Below are positions 1-13,484 of a DNA stretch of 64,000 nt, piece after piece. The notes beneath the pieces were generated by a model, which was given only the letters and a program-made list of their open reading frames with translations, was not told the origin of the DNA and made no database searches. The stretch lies in the NCBI RefSeq assembly GCF_006345805.1, contig NC_043005.1, positions 91,202,001 through 91,266,000 on the forward strand, given 5' to 3'. Origin of the DNA: Octopus sinensis. Its lineage: Eukaryota. The stretch's first letter is position 1; the number at the start of each line of letters is the position of its first letter. A program made the translations under genes and the position numbers.

Positions 1-59
1 GCGGTTGTTTATCTGCTTGTCGATTGGATCATGCATAATTTGTTTTACTAAAGTTGTCG

Positions 60-430
60 TATAACCACAAGGTCCAGATCTTGTTGTGGTGCGGTGACTT
101 GTGGTGTGCCTCAGTGACTATGAGAGTTATGTTGGAATACAAGCTTCTGATAGGGTCTCCCATGCTGGGCAGGTCAAAGGATAGCGGTAAACTGATATGG
201 TCCACCTCTTCCCAGAGGTAAAAAAGAGCGTGCGTAGGGCCAACACCCCTGCCTTGAAGAAAGTAAAGTTACAGACGCATTGATGACAATTCAAAACCAA
301 CAAGACCTAGGGAACGAAGGCCTTCCCTCAAGGAAACATATGAAGGTACCCCCACCATACTGGGGGAATGTTCCTGACAGCCCAGAGTCATGAACAGTGG
401 AGAAAAGTCGTCGATGACTTATGCTCTATA
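60..430 (+). mobile_element. Possible RTE-clade LINE 5' UTR remnant
   Basis: GGTCTCCCATGCTGGGCAGGTCAAAGG...GGGCCAACACCCCTG resembles RTE 5' leaders as I recall them; no intact ORF. Confidence 0.35.
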
Positions 431-499
431 GGGAGCTAAGGGCTTAAATGAAGAATGTTAAGTTATTGTTCTGTCTACTTCAGAAGTTCCTTTTTGTTG

Positions 500-1100
500 T
501 TGGTACCTGAAGTTGCTAAAGGTGCTTTTTATACACTTTGTGGGATGTTTGCATTTATATTTAATGTCTCTCAGCGATCATTTAGTTCGTGGGTTAATTT
601 TGATTGCTAAGTTTTATTATTCTGTTGACATCATAGTGCCTGCACTGCTATTCCCGTTGCTGTTACGATATCAGGCGTTTATCCTGTTTGAAGTTGTGAC
701 AGTTTTGGAAAGAATTCATTCTGGTATTTGAAGCGTCATTTCTCCTCCTTTGAAGAACATTTGTTGTGTAATCATGTTTTTCGCTGTACCCAGTAAGCAC
801 ATTCTGTAATCATTTATGTAAGGTATAACACTGTCTATTATGGCCAAGTTTACCATTATAAGGTTTTCCCTTAACTCCCAAATGAACTTTGATGTAGACG
901 TTCTTTTACGTAAATGTTGCGAAACACGTTTTTTGTACTGTTTGCAACTAGCTTTAAATATTCCGCTTGTTTTCGCACGTTGTTTTTCTACTTGCAATAC
1001 TGTTCTTTGTAGATTACGTCTTTTTAGGCAATTTTACTTAAAGTTGGGAAGTGTTTGGTACTAAATATTTTCAAAGATTTTGTACTTTTGTAATTAAGTT
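500..1100 (-). mobile_element. Penelope-like element remnant, GIY-YIG endonuclease C-terminus
   Basis: Minus-strand translation VIYK...KKRVSQHLRKRTSTSKFIWELREN...PYINDYRMCLL, later KCKHPTK; matches the PLE endonuclease tail; frameshifted. Confidence 0.6.
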
Positions 1101-1525
1101 TACGCCGAAGAAATAGTGATGTTTCATTTTTTTAAAGTTCGTTTGTGTAGCTTTCAGTTTGTAGTCGATTGTGTTTTTGAGCTTACGAACTTTTCGACTT
1201 TTATTGTAGAATGATGATGTTTGTTTGGTCGAATGTTATTTTGTCAGTTGATATTGAAAAGATTCTTTGGTTTGCATTGCTGACTATATTCATTATTATT
1301 TAAGGTGAGTGGTTGGAACTTTTTCTCAATATATAGCAGCATAGCATTTCTTTCCATTTTCTGTATGGGCAGTTTTCCTGTTGCTAGGTTTAATGTTATT
1401 CTTCAGAAATATACAATGGATAGGTTGTGTTTAATGCTATTTGATTGAGTAAACCCTTTGAAACACTTTCAATTGGATATTTTCTAAATGTGTCAAATTT
1501 GTATCCGTCCATATTTTTGGAGATT

Positions 1526-1792
1526 ACTGAAAGAAGCCCGTCGTATATTTGTGTGAGTGTGTGTGTGTATATATGTTTGTGTGTCAGTGTGTTTGTCCCC
1601 CACCCCCAACATCACTTGACAATCGATGCTGGTGTGTTTATGTCCTCGTAACTTAGCGGTTCAGCAAAAGATACTGATAGAATAAGTACTAGGCTTACAA
1701 AGAATAAGTCCTGGGATCGATTTGCTCGACTAAAGGCGGTGCTCCAGCATGGCCGTACTCAAATGACTGAAACAAATAAAAGAATAAAAGAA
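1526..1792 (+). mobile_element. SINE family A, 3' half
   Basis: GAAAGAAGCCCGTCG-(TG)n-...GGCGGTGCTCCAGCATGGCC...(AAAGAAT)n; colinear with the full copy at 7291-7702. Confidence 0.85.
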
Positions 1793-2000
1793 TACATACA
1801 TACATCACTAATATATTCATCCATTCTGTTGCATTATATCCAAAAAAATTCTTGGTATGAATATTCGTCTCTTTAGGCGACACCATACTTGCTTCTTCAC
1901 TACGCCACTCTCCACCTTTCCTTACGATCTTAACTCTCTAATGTATTGACTCCTCCTTCTTTTCCATTGACATTCTCATTAGAATCATCAATATCGCGAA

Positions 2001-2047
<47 letters not shown>

Positions 2048-2199
2048 CTGTCATCTTGTCTATATACTTCACAATAACTACAATGGCTATTGTCCTTCGG
2101 CCCAGAGTGACCACCCGGTGCCTTCCGCCCAACACAATGACGTCAGCTTATCTTACTACCATGAAAAATTATCTTTTTCAATATGTCTGTCTTCTACCT

Positions 2200-2505
2200 G
2201 CCACCTTTATTTTTAGGTGTGTATATGGGTAAAGATGTCTATATGGGTGAGTGTTCCTAAGTGAATGTATGTGTGCGCGTGTATGCATGTATATGTCTGC
2301 GTGACTTCATGAATGTGTGTACATGCGTGCGCGTGTATATGTTTATGTATGTGTGCATGCATGTTTGAGCAAATATGGATATATGTGTGCGTGTGCGTGT
2401 CTATGCATGTATGTTTGTATACATACGTGTGTGTGTGTGTGTGTGTATGTGCGAGTGCGTACGAGTGTATGCATATATGTGCTCCCGAATGAGTGCGTGA
2501 CTCTT

Positions 2506-2536
<31 letters not shown>

Positions 2537-2663
2537 ATGTGTGCGTCCGTGCGTGTGCATATATATGAGTGTGAGTGAGAAAAAGAAAGACAGAGTATGT
2601 GTATAAGTGTATGTACTGCGTGATTACCCTGTACTTAGGAATTATGTAGATCGTTCGCATACA

Positions 2664-2707
<44 letters not shown>

Positions 2708-3236
2708 CACACATAGACACGCACATACATAAAAAAAGTCACGAACATACAAAAATAACACCAACGCAACTAATTCACACAACCATTTGCAGACATACAG
2801 AATTTCATACACTTACACTCAAGACCAAACATACACTTACAGTCACAAAATCTCACACACTTATATGCACAACCAACCACCGCCTACGACAGACCTCGCA
2901 ACCAAAATTACAAATAACCTCTGTCCCTCCCTCCCTCCCTCCCTACTTACCTACCTACCTACCTACTGAAACACCCACTTGAGCTCCGAACTAGATTCCT
3001 ATCTTCCTCTATCTACACCTTTTCACCTACCACCTTACAACCTGCCGTTCTTCTACGTTCTACCTCGGCCCAATACTGCCCTATCCGATTGTTATGTATA
3101 CAGCGACCTCTACGGTCTCCCAACCTACCTGACTATCATCTACCTATCATATCTGTTCACTGACCCATTACTATCTCTACCTCATTCACACCCTTTTTTG
3201 ACTGTGCGTGTGCGCGTGTATGTGTATATATGTATA

Positions 3237-3268
<32 letters not shown>

Positions 3269-3287
3269 CCGTTGCTTTTGCTAAATA

Positions 3288-3332
<45 letters not shown>

Positions 3333-3729
3333 TCATACGTACATATATATGTATGTATGAATTTATGTGTGTGTATATATATATATACGTGTTTTTGTAC
3401 CTATACACGTGTGCAAACGAAATGTATGTGTGTATGTATGTGTGTGTGTATGTATGGATATACATAGGTGTGTATGTGCTTACCTTCATTTGCAAATAAA
3501 TGTGAATATATATCCACCTGCACATACTTTATATGCATGCACACATCTAAATGCATACACATATATGTGCATGTATTTATACACTCATACATACATGTAT
3601 ATACACATATATGCATATATATATATATATATATATAAATACATGCTTGAAACTGTCATTGTTTTCTATTTGTTTCCCTCTTAAGAATAACTATTATATT
3701 GGCTTGTGATAGTTTTCATTCTACTCTCA

Positions 3730-3782
<53 letters not shown>

Positions 3783-3910
3783 AATGTACATACGAAAGTA
3801 CACACGATTTGTATGTGTACGTGTGTATATATATATATACACACGTACATATGCATATATGTACAGGCATATATATATGTATAAACATACATACAATCAC
3901 ACACATACAT

Positions 3911-3977
<67 letters not shown>

Positions 3978-4110
3978 CATATATGTGCCTACGTACAGAC
4001 AAATAGATATTTAAAATACACATCACACACACATACATAAGCATACCGAGGCCCACCCACATGCATGCACTCTCACACCCACACACACAACCCACAAACA
4101 CACATGCACA
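2200..4110. repeat. Dense compound microsatellite field (TG, CA, TA, GATA, CCTA)
   Basis: Direct inspection; explains all ORFs in this interval. Confidence 0.9.
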
Positions 4111-4895
4111 CGTAAACAGAATGGCAACATGAGAGACAGAAAGAAACATAAACACATGGCAATTTCCAAGAGAATAAATATTTTACCAATATCAAACGAG
4201 CGCTATCTTCAGCCTATCAAAGTGGAGAGATTAAGTCAGGACCACAACTTCGCTTACTGTCACTCACACCATCTGATCAATTCACGTATCTTTGCAAACT
4301 CCCCGCCAAACCGGCCCCAACCATCATCTCGTTTAACTAATGTCATTTGAATTTCATAAATACTAAAACGAGTGGAAATAACTACAGACAGGCTTTGACC
4401 CGTAATCCATATTGCAGTCCACTCACCGACATTTTAAATCCCTTCTACCACTGCCACCACAGACTCCACCTCACCCTGCCGTCCCCCTCCCATAAAATAC
4501 TGATGTTTCTCTACTGCTGCTGCTTATGGTGGTGGTGCTGGTGGTGGTGGTGGTGATGGTGGTGGTGAGGTAGTGGAGGAAGATGGCGTTGATCATAAGA
4601 TGGTGGTGGTGGTGGTGTTTGGGTGCTGTGATGTTCTTTTCTGATGATGATGTTTGGTAGTGGTGATGTTGTGGTACTGTGGTGGTAATGATATTCCAGG
4701 TGGTGGTTGTGGTGGTGGGGATGAACAGCTCCCGGTTTCCTTTCTTTTTCTCTTTTACTCTTCATTTCCTTGTTTCTCTTTCCTTTATTTCATTCTTTCA
4801 TTCATTCTACCCGTCTGCCTTCCTGCCATCCATTCTTCATTTTTCTTTAATTCATTCTTTAACACATATACACACATATATATACATACATATAC

Positions 4896-4948
<53 letters not shown>

Positions 4949-4956
4949 TACCGACA

Positions 4957-5024
4957 GCTAGCAAGCCATGCTACTCCAGACTGATGACGAGCAATGACTC
5001 AGAAACTAGTCTCTGGTTGCTGGC
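4957..5024 (+). ncRNA. Type I hammerhead ribozyme-like motif (minimal palindromic stem III)
   Basis: CCAGA|CTGATGA|C-GAG-caatga-CTC-A|GAAA|CTAG|TC|TCTGG; distal stem I GCTAGCAA/TTGCTGGC. The stem II closing pair is a C.A mismatch. Confidence 0.65.
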
Positions 5025-5177
5025 TTTGCTGGGTGGAGGTGCTTATCTCCTCCTTTGTAAGAATAAGGATGCAGGAAATGTGTCAAGGCCGACAGGAAGC
5101 GGTGCTTCCTAGGGTTAAATAGCGGTAGTATTATTCCCTTTCATGGGACTGTCACATTAAGTTGACAGCATACCACC

Positions 5178-5219
<42 letters not shown>

Positions 5220-5501
5220 CATATTGATTTAATAATGTTTTGTTCGATTAAGTTTGATTTACTTGTGTTTGGTATAGTTCGGTTTGGTTTTAATGTGTTT
5301 AAATTGTGTGTGGTAATTAAGTTCGGTCCGGTTTCGTTTCGTTTTACTTCATTTGGCTAGGTTCAATTTGGTCTTCTTTTCTTTCAGCCAATGACCGATT
5401 TTCGCTTAGCATGCTTGCTACCAATGAAACTCAAAGAAACAAAATCTGAACTTAACAACGCCGCCGCCGCTGCAGGATGATTTCCATCTGCTGCTTGTGT
5501 A

Positions 5502-6590
5502 CAGGGTGTCCCGAAATTAAAGCAACCGAATTTTCGGGCTTTAATAAATGTGATAAGATATGAAAATTATATATCATTATAAAAGCTTAATGTGTCTTAT
5601 TTTTGTTTCAGACTAAATAAATTTAGATTTATAAATTAGATAATGGCTATAGACTGAAATGTAATTGTAACCCTCCACAAAGGAGACGAAAGTAATATAG
5701 GCATAGCAAAAAAGCTTAAAATTAACCAAACAGTCTAGAAAATTGTCATGAAATTTCAAGAGACTGGTTCCACTGCTGACCAACGTGGACATGGCTGAGA
5801 AAGAAGTGCGCAGACCCCTCAGCTTATCAAAAGTACCAGAGAAAAATACGGTAAAATATTCGTGGCTCCGTCAGAAAACTGGCTGCCACGGCAAAAATAA
5901 GCCAAACATCGATGTATTGAGTGCTGAAGGAGAATATCAAAACCAGCCCCGACAAGATGATCTGTCGTCATGAACCCACGCAAGTTTATAAGGCCATGAG
6001 ACTGGAAAGAAGTCGTCTTATCCTGCGTCAGCTTGCTGAGGGCATGCTACCCAGCCTGGTGTTCACTGATGAAAAGAAATTTGACATCAAACAGAAAGTA
6101 AACCACCAGAGTAAACGACTTTGGAATGTATCTGGCTCTGTCGATGGTAGACTCGTAATTCTATGTCGAATTCCACAGTAAGTAACGGTTTGAGCCACTG
6201 GAAGATCTCCTCCTGGTTTTTGTACCCTAGGGTGTAAAATTAACACCCAGCGATACATTAGCGATATTCTGAAAGCTGAACTGCTTACATGGGCGAATGA
6301 GCATTTTCAAGACGCACTCTGGAGCCTCTAACAGGACTTTGCGCCATCCTACAGTTCCAAACAGACACAACACTGGATTCAGAAAAATATTCCGTCGTTC
6401 ATAGGCGAGGATATATGGCCCTCAAGAAGCCCCGATCTCAACCCGCTGGATTTTTCTGTTTCGTCAATTTTGAAGACGAGGGTCTCGAGCACCCCTCATG
6501 CTTTGCTCGTCGCTCCGAAGGCAAAACTGCGCCAGGAATGGGTTTCAATTCCTCAACAACAGCTGCGTGTCGATCAAATCTAAATTTATT
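5502..6590 (+). mobile_element. Tc1/mariner superfamily, maT (DD37D) transposon remnant
   Basis: TA|CAGGGTGTCCCG left end; transposase pieces VFTDEKKF, QD(6335)...37 aa...SPDLNPLD(6449); stops and frameshifts; no right TIR seen. Confidence 0.85.
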
Positions 6591-7290
6591 CTCAAGATGA
6601 AATTATAAAATCTATCAGAGAAACGGACTAAGTCCAGTTGCCAGATTGATTTTCAAAAACGTTGCTTGAAATGCAATGTCATCGTATAAAGCGATCACGA
6701 ACATTTGCCTGCTTAAATTCTTTAGTTACTGTGCCGTAAACACTCCTTCTTAACGTCCATACACAATTTCGTGATCAAGAAGCAACTACCATACCTTTAT
6801 GCACCATTCCATCAATATATTCAATAGACTTCAGTTATTAAATAAAAAGAACTTGAGCTACATACCGGCATTTTATTAGCACGTTCACGTCAATAACAGC
6901 CTCCAAGAGAAAGTTGATAACGTGGAACACGGCGGCTTTCAAAATTCAAGAGGCCTGTTTCTTTTTGGTGGGTAGGAATAGGAATGACATCGGGCATATA
7001 TTCACTCAACGATCTCGAACGATGTATCGTCTGAGCTATTCTTCGAAGTCTTAATTCACCCATTGCTAAAATGAACAGTAAAATAACTGCAAAAAATTAT
7101 TATTCCTCACTTCTGGTCGCTGTCATTATAATCTGACTCCAAGTCGGTCCAAATCGAGCCGACCTAATGATCACAAGCAATCTAGTTATAACCATCCTGT
7201 CTTCTTTCTTTAAAATAGTATACCTCGGGAATCTTTGTGGTTTTCGTCACTGTTTACAATTTTCTTTAAAAAAGATTTTTTGAATGTATC

Positions 7291-7702
7291 GAGTGGCTGT
7301 GTGGTAAGTAGCTTGCTTACGAACCACATGGTTCCGGGTTCAGTCTCACTGCGTAGCACCTTGGGCAAGTGTCTTCTACTATAGCCTCGGGCCGACCAAA
7401 GCCTTGTGAGTGGATTTGGTAGACGGAAAACTGAAAGAACCCCGTCGTGTATATGTATATGTATATATGTATGTGTATGTATATGTTTGTGAGTCTGTGT
7501 TTGTCTCCCCAACATCGCTTGATAACCGATGCTGGTGTGTTTACGTCCCCGTAACTTAGGGGTTCGGCAAAAGAGACCGATAGAGTAAATACTAGGCTTA
7601 CAAAGAATAAGTCCCGACATCGATTTGCTCGACTAAAGGCGGTGCTCCAGCATGGCCACAGTCAAATGACTGAAACAAGTAAAAGAGTAAAGAGTAAAGA
7701 GA
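7291..7702 (+). mobile_element. Full-length tRNA-derived SINE family A
   Basis: A-box-like TGGCTGTGTGG and B-box-like GGTTCCGGGTTCAGTC, central GCACCTTGGGCAAGTG domain, internal (TG/TA)n, (AAGAGTA)n tail; many further copies in the window. Confidence 0.88.
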
Positions 7703-8104
7703 GTATCATATAGATGCACTTTTTGACTCTGAATCCGAATTTGTTATTTATTCCAGAAAAAATTTGCAAAAATATTACAGATGTTCAAAGTTTTATAATT
7801 TTCAGAATTTTCAGCCAATCTGAAAAAAGCTTATTCGCTGCCTCTTCCATCATCAGGGGCGGGGGGGGGAGCATCGGCATGACAAAACATTGCTAGAAAT
7901 AACAGTCAAAGCATTAAAATATACACGAATGAAGTTAACATTAAAACATTCGTGAGCAAATTAAATATTTAAAAGCTACGAACAAATAAATCAACAGGAG
8001 TTGCTAGAAATAACAGTCAAAACATTGTTTATAACAAACATTTATTAGTTTAAAAAATTCAAGAACGAAAGTTGGCAATATACTCTAAGATTTTATAAAA
8101 TAAA

Positions 8105-8579
8105 CTAGCTGGCCCCGTGCCATAAAAAATGACGGCTAATGGTAGTATTTCATTTATAAATATGAATGGTAAATCAAATTAATACACTTGTCAATGTTCA
8201 CATACATTTACATACTTCCCTTGTACACGCACACACATACACATATATAATCACACAGAGTTGAAACGCTGTTTGGTTTTTCTTTTCAGCGCTGGATGTT
8301 CACCATCCCACCAGTTTGCCATCACCCCTTCCTTCCTTATTCATCTCTCACCCCTTCCTTTCTCATGCATATTTTGTTACGGAGAAAAACACAAGAGTAT
8401 TATTACAGTAGATTATCTTTCTCGTATCTCCTTCTCCTCCCTGTGCGCATGCGCAGCATCTTTGTTTATTATGGAAACAGAGTTTTCCGCCACGGTGATG
8501 TGTAAAATACTCGCTTCTGATTGGCTAAAAATACCCAAATTTTGCAAATTTTAAAGACTAATAACATTTTAATTATAGA
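8105..8579 (-). mobile_element. Non-autonomous Helitron
   Basis: On the minus strand A|TCTATAATT...imperfect hairpin...CTAG|T. Confidence 0.5.
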
Positions 8580-8619
8580 TTTATCTCTATCTGTCTCTAT
8601 CTCTATCTCTATCTTGTTA

Positions 8620-9450
8620 GGCAATATAGGGAAGATAGGGGCAATAACTGACCTTATCAGAAGGATGTGATGGAGGGCTTTCTTCCACGATAATATGTAC
8701 AAATTCGATGATACTAATATTAATAAATATAACCTTAGATGCTACAAAAATCCTCCTCACAACCCTTATCTGGATAAATTCGAAGCTGACATCCTTAACC
8801 TGATTAAAATTCTTAAAATTCTCTAAACGTAAATCTTCATTCCAAAAACATCTTTCTAAAACAATTAAACGGATTACTTCATCACCCAAAATGCACGTCT
8901 TCTCCGATAAAACTGGAAATATAAATTTACTTAATATTGAGGAATACATTAGCTTTATCAGAAAGGAATTATATAAGTTCTACAAGATAGCCCCAACGTC
9001 CGCCCTGAGTACCATCAACACCAACCACTGTAAATTAGTGAAAAAAAGCTTGAAATAGACGATCCCACGGGCCAAGAGCCCAAGAGCCCAAGAGCTCCAC
9101 ATTTCAATCTTAAAGACCACAAAGCGGATTTCATAATCAAACCCTCTATAAGGCTCATCTGCCCTACCAAATCGGACTTAGGACGAATCAATAAGAATAT
9201 ACTAGACAGTATAATACCAATAGTTAGAAAAAAATTAAACGTCAATTTATGGTCCTGCACATGTGAAGTTATTACCTGGTTTCACCTCGTTGAAACAAAA
9301 ACATTTCCTCATCGCTACAATTTAATATCAACAATTACGACGCTTCTATATTCCTTGTCCTCTTTAACAAAGCTCTCATTCTAGCTAAAAACCTAACTAA
9401 CTTGACCCCCTTGAAAATAGACGTTCACCTTACCCTAATTAGATTATTCT
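8620..9450 (+). mobile_element. Penelope-like element remnant, N-terminal RT region
   Basis: FSDKTGN...KDHKADFIIKPSIRLICPTKSDLGRINKNILDSI...VNLW..T.EVITWF...LQFNI; characteristic PLE RT lead-in; frameshifted. Confidence 0.75.
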
Positions 9451-9629
9451 AAATGATTTGAGATACTCGTTCTACATTGGTTTTGCTTTTTCCTCTAATA
9501 TAATATATACCTGCTATAACGGAACCCTAATACAGATCCTTAGATCCAGCTTCAGCTGTGAACTTGGAGTCAAACGGACGACCAAATATAGCACTTCCTC
9601 AACGTACCTATTCGTTCACAAGTTATATC

Positions 9630-9678
<49 letters not shown>

Positions 9679-10664
9679 TCTCTCTCTCTCTCTCTCTCTT
9701 TCAATGTGTATTTGTGTGTATGTTTGTGTCTGTGTGTGTGTGTATGTGTCTATATATAGTTAGGTTTGGTAAGTTTTCATTTTTTTACATTTGCTTGTGT
9801 TTGGTTTCGTTTAGCTTGATATTGCTTCGTTAAGTTTAATTTTGATCAAATTTACTTATGTTTGGCTCAGCTTTTGTGAGGTTTAGTTAAATTAAGTTTG
9901 GTTTCTCAGGATTTGTTTAGTTAGATTTGGTTCGTGTAGGTTTGGTTATAGTTTGGGTTGGGTTTGACTGATTTGGCCACGTGTGGCTTCATTATCTTTA
10001 GTTTGCTTAAACTTGGTTTGGTTCGCTAGTTTTGGTCTTGTTATGTTTGGTTACATTTCGTAAGCTATTTTTGGTTAATTCTGTTTATATTTGGTTTTGT
10101 GATGTACAGTGAGGTTCGATTTCGATGGATTTGTATTGGTTTACTTAAGTTTGGTTTGACTTAGTTATGGTTTTGCTTGTTCTGATTTATTACCCTTAGT
10201 TTAACTTTAGTTTCAGTGAATTTTGTCCTTATTAGGTTTGGTTTTGTTAACTTACGTTAGGTTTTATTCAATTCGAATTAAGTTTGTTTGGGTTTGTCTT
10301 GGTTTGTCGCATGTTTCTTTAGCCTCTTTTTTTCTATCTTAATAAAAAAAAGGAAGAATATTTTATCTTTGTGGTTTTCGTTGTGTTGTATATCTGTTTG
10401 CTTATTTTTCTTCATTCCTTGATTTTGCTTTATCCTCTAATATAATATATACCCGCACTGTTTGTCATTTGCTGATTTGGAAAAGAAGTAAAAATAGCAA
10501 ATAACGAAGATAGAAAAAAACAACAAAGACAAAAAAATGAAAGAATAACAGAAAAAGTGAACAGACACATCCATCCATTCGTCTGTCTCTACATACATAC
10601 ATTCATATATCCATAAACACATCTCTACATACATCCATACATACATACAGCTACATATATTTTT

Positions 10665-10874
10665 TTCTACTCTAGGCACAAAGCCCGAAATTTTTGGGGA
10701 GGGAGCCAGTCGATTAGATCGACCCCAGTACGCAACTGGTACTTAATTTATCAACCTCGAAAGGATGAAAGGCAAAGTCGACCTCGGTGGAATTTGAACT
10801 CAGAACGTAACGGCTGACGAAATACCGCTAAGCATTTCGCCCAGCGTGCTAACGGTTCTGCCAGCTCGCCGCCT
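10665..10874 (-). mobile_element. tRNA-derived SINE family B with 19-bp TSD
   Basis: Head GGCGGCGAGCTGGCAGAA, core GGTCGACTTTGCCTTTCATCC...; direct repeat TACATACAGCTACATATAT at 10642-10660 and 10875-10893. Confidence 0.9.
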
Positions 10875-11649
10875 TACATACAGCTACATATATCAATACA
10901 TGTACGTAACGTATATACATACATAGGTATGTACGTATGCATGCATATATGTCTATGAATCTTTGCATGTATACATGTATGTGTGTGTGTATGTGTGTGT
11001 GCGTGTGCGTGCGTGCGTGTGTGTGTGTGCGTGTGTGCGCGTGTGCATGCGTACGTATGGGTGTATATTTGTGTTTGTATGTAGATTGAAATGTCGAAGA
11101 ACAAACTAGAATTTCTAAAAAAAAAAGTAGGTTCGAATTATCTCACGATAAATTAAAGATGAATCATTATTAAGTAGCCAATTTGGTCAATAACGGAATT
11201 GAAGTTTCAAAGAAATACATTATCACGCCCTCTCACATATTTGGGGCGGAGTAAATGAAAGACAAATGATCAACAGCATTTGTGTATCAAGAGCAATAAC
11301 TCAGCAAGACGGAGCTTCTTCGAGGTCGCCCAATCTGTTAGATATAACAGCCAAATTTCCTTCAAACTAAGCTATTATATCTTGGATTGATACTACGGCC
11401 CGTGATACACAGAAGGAAGAAAGAATCTTATAGCCAACTACATGATGATTATGTGGTTAAAAAGTTTGCTCATCTCGCCACCGTGTGTCTGGGGTTCGGT
11501 CCAACAACGTTGGAACCAGGGGCAAATTTCTTCTACTATAGCCTCTAGCTAACAAATGTTTTGTGAATGAAAATGAAATTTGAAAGCGTAAGGATGCATA
11601 AAAGCATACACCTGCTAAAGTCTTAATTAAAAAATCGACCGCTGGTCTT

Positions 11650-11779
11650 CTTCCTTGTAAGCCTGGTACTTATTCTATCGTTCTCTTTCGCCGAACCGCT
11701 ATGTTACGGGGACGTAAACACACTAAGAATGGCTGTCAAGCGATGGTGGAGGGACAAACACACAAATATATATATATAC

Positions 11780-11860
<81 letters not shown>

Positions 11861-12012
11861 GATAGGTTTCTTTCTGTTTCCGTCTACCAAATCCACTCAC
11901 AAGACTGGTCGGCCCTACGTTATAGTAGAAGACACTTGCACAAGGTGCCACGCAGTGGAACTGAACCTGGAACCATGTGGTTGGGAAGCAAGCTTCTTAC
12001 CACAGTCACGCT
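11650..12012 (-). mobile_element. SINE family A
   Basis: Reverse complement of the 7291 copy, with an internal (TA)n tract. Confidence 0.85.
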
Positions 12013-12321
12013 GGCGTCTACATATATATATATATATATACATGTGTGTGTGTGTGTGTTTGTGTGTGCGTGTGTGTGTTTACACACACACACGCACGCA
12101 CGCACATACGCACTTAAAACGAGCTGGAAGAATCCTTAGCATGCCGGGCAAAATGTTTAGCAGCATTTCGTGTGTCTGAGTTCAAATTCCGCCATTATTG
12201 ACTTTGCTTTTCATCTTTCAGAATCGATAAAATAAGCACCAGTTGAGCACTGAGGGCGATGCAATCAACTTCCGCCTCTCCCCCACAATTCCTGGATGGA
12301 CTTGTCACAAAATTTTAACCC

Positions 12322-12425
12322 AATACATACATACATACATACATACATACATACATACATACATACATACATACATACATACATACATACATACATACAT
12401 ACATACATACATACATACATACATA
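12322..12425. repeat. (ATAC)n microsatellite
   Basis: Direct inspection. Confidence 0.95.
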
Positions 12426-13484
12426 CCGCGAATGTAATATGAGCCAATGTTCTACATGATTCTCTCTGCGCTGGTGTTTGCCATCCTGTTATGAGAGAGA
12501 GGAAGAAAGAAGAAAGAAGATAGATAGATTGGCGGCAGATCGATGAGTTGAGAGGAGGAAAATAGTAACGTAAATTAAAGATGAGCAGAGATAAGCTCAG
12601 GACTTATGTGCTGTATTGGCTTAGCGGTGGATCTATTGGCAAATTAGGAATTACTAATAGATCACTCGTTGAATTAGAAGAACTTCTCGAGAATGTAGAT
12701 TCAGTAGGATCTGTGCATTATTTGCTTTACCGTACATGTCTGATAATCTATATGTGCATGCCTAAACAGATTATAGATCTGGTAAAATGATAACAGCCTG
12801 TGGCATATCCTTGACATAATACTTATCATTGGGCGATATATGTGCTGCCGCTGGTGGTGGCGGAGGTTCTGCTACCGTTGCTTTCTTCCTCAATAATTAC
12901 TGGGGTATATACTTATATGTAATATATGCATTTGTGAATGTCTGTTTGTATGCTATGAATTGACTCAATATCAACCAAGCAGACGCCCACGAAGCCATAT
13001 ATATAATTAGTCACCGTCTGATACGGAAGGTTTCTCTCACGGTAGTAGTTGAACATATTCTAAAGTCCACCATTTCGTCAATCGCAGAAGCTTCCAAGCT
13101 TCACAATTAATTCAGCTCTCAACTAAATTGCAAATTGTTAACAATTTTAAAGAGGACACCTCCTCAGCTACACTTTGGCATAAATAGTTTGAGATTTGGT
13201 TCAGTAGAAAAAAAGTTACATCAAAATATCTGCGACCTCAAGGGTGGCAGTAAGGCAGATATTCATCTTCAATTAAAATAAATTTTTTAATTTTAAACTA
13301 AAAGTATTCCTTAAATGATAGAAAAATGCGTGAGGAATTCAGAATCGCTAGTCGTATTGAACAAAAATTAGTAGAAAAAGAGTTATGAGGTAAAATGTTA
13401 CGAAATTTCATGTCAGGAAGTAAGGGAGTAACGTTTCAGCAATAAGAATAAAGAATATATTTCTAAAATGAATGCTTACTTTCT

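Noticed and set aside
60-260. Possible HDV-like ribozyme at an RTE 5' end
   Set aside because: I could not fit the nested P1/P1.1/P2/P3 pseudoknot by eye; needs an RNAMotif/Infernal search.
1938-4984. Many 60-140 aa ORFs (poly-M, HT, YI, CV, W/H repeats)
   Set aside because: They are translations of microsatellites, with no splice or domain support. The same applies at 11729-12447, 15756-16300 and 19650-19999.
6640-6980. Minus-strand stretch faintly resembling a Helitron helicase C-terminus
   Set aside because: Key motifs (AMTINKSQG, YVALSR) are absent and stops occur in all frames.
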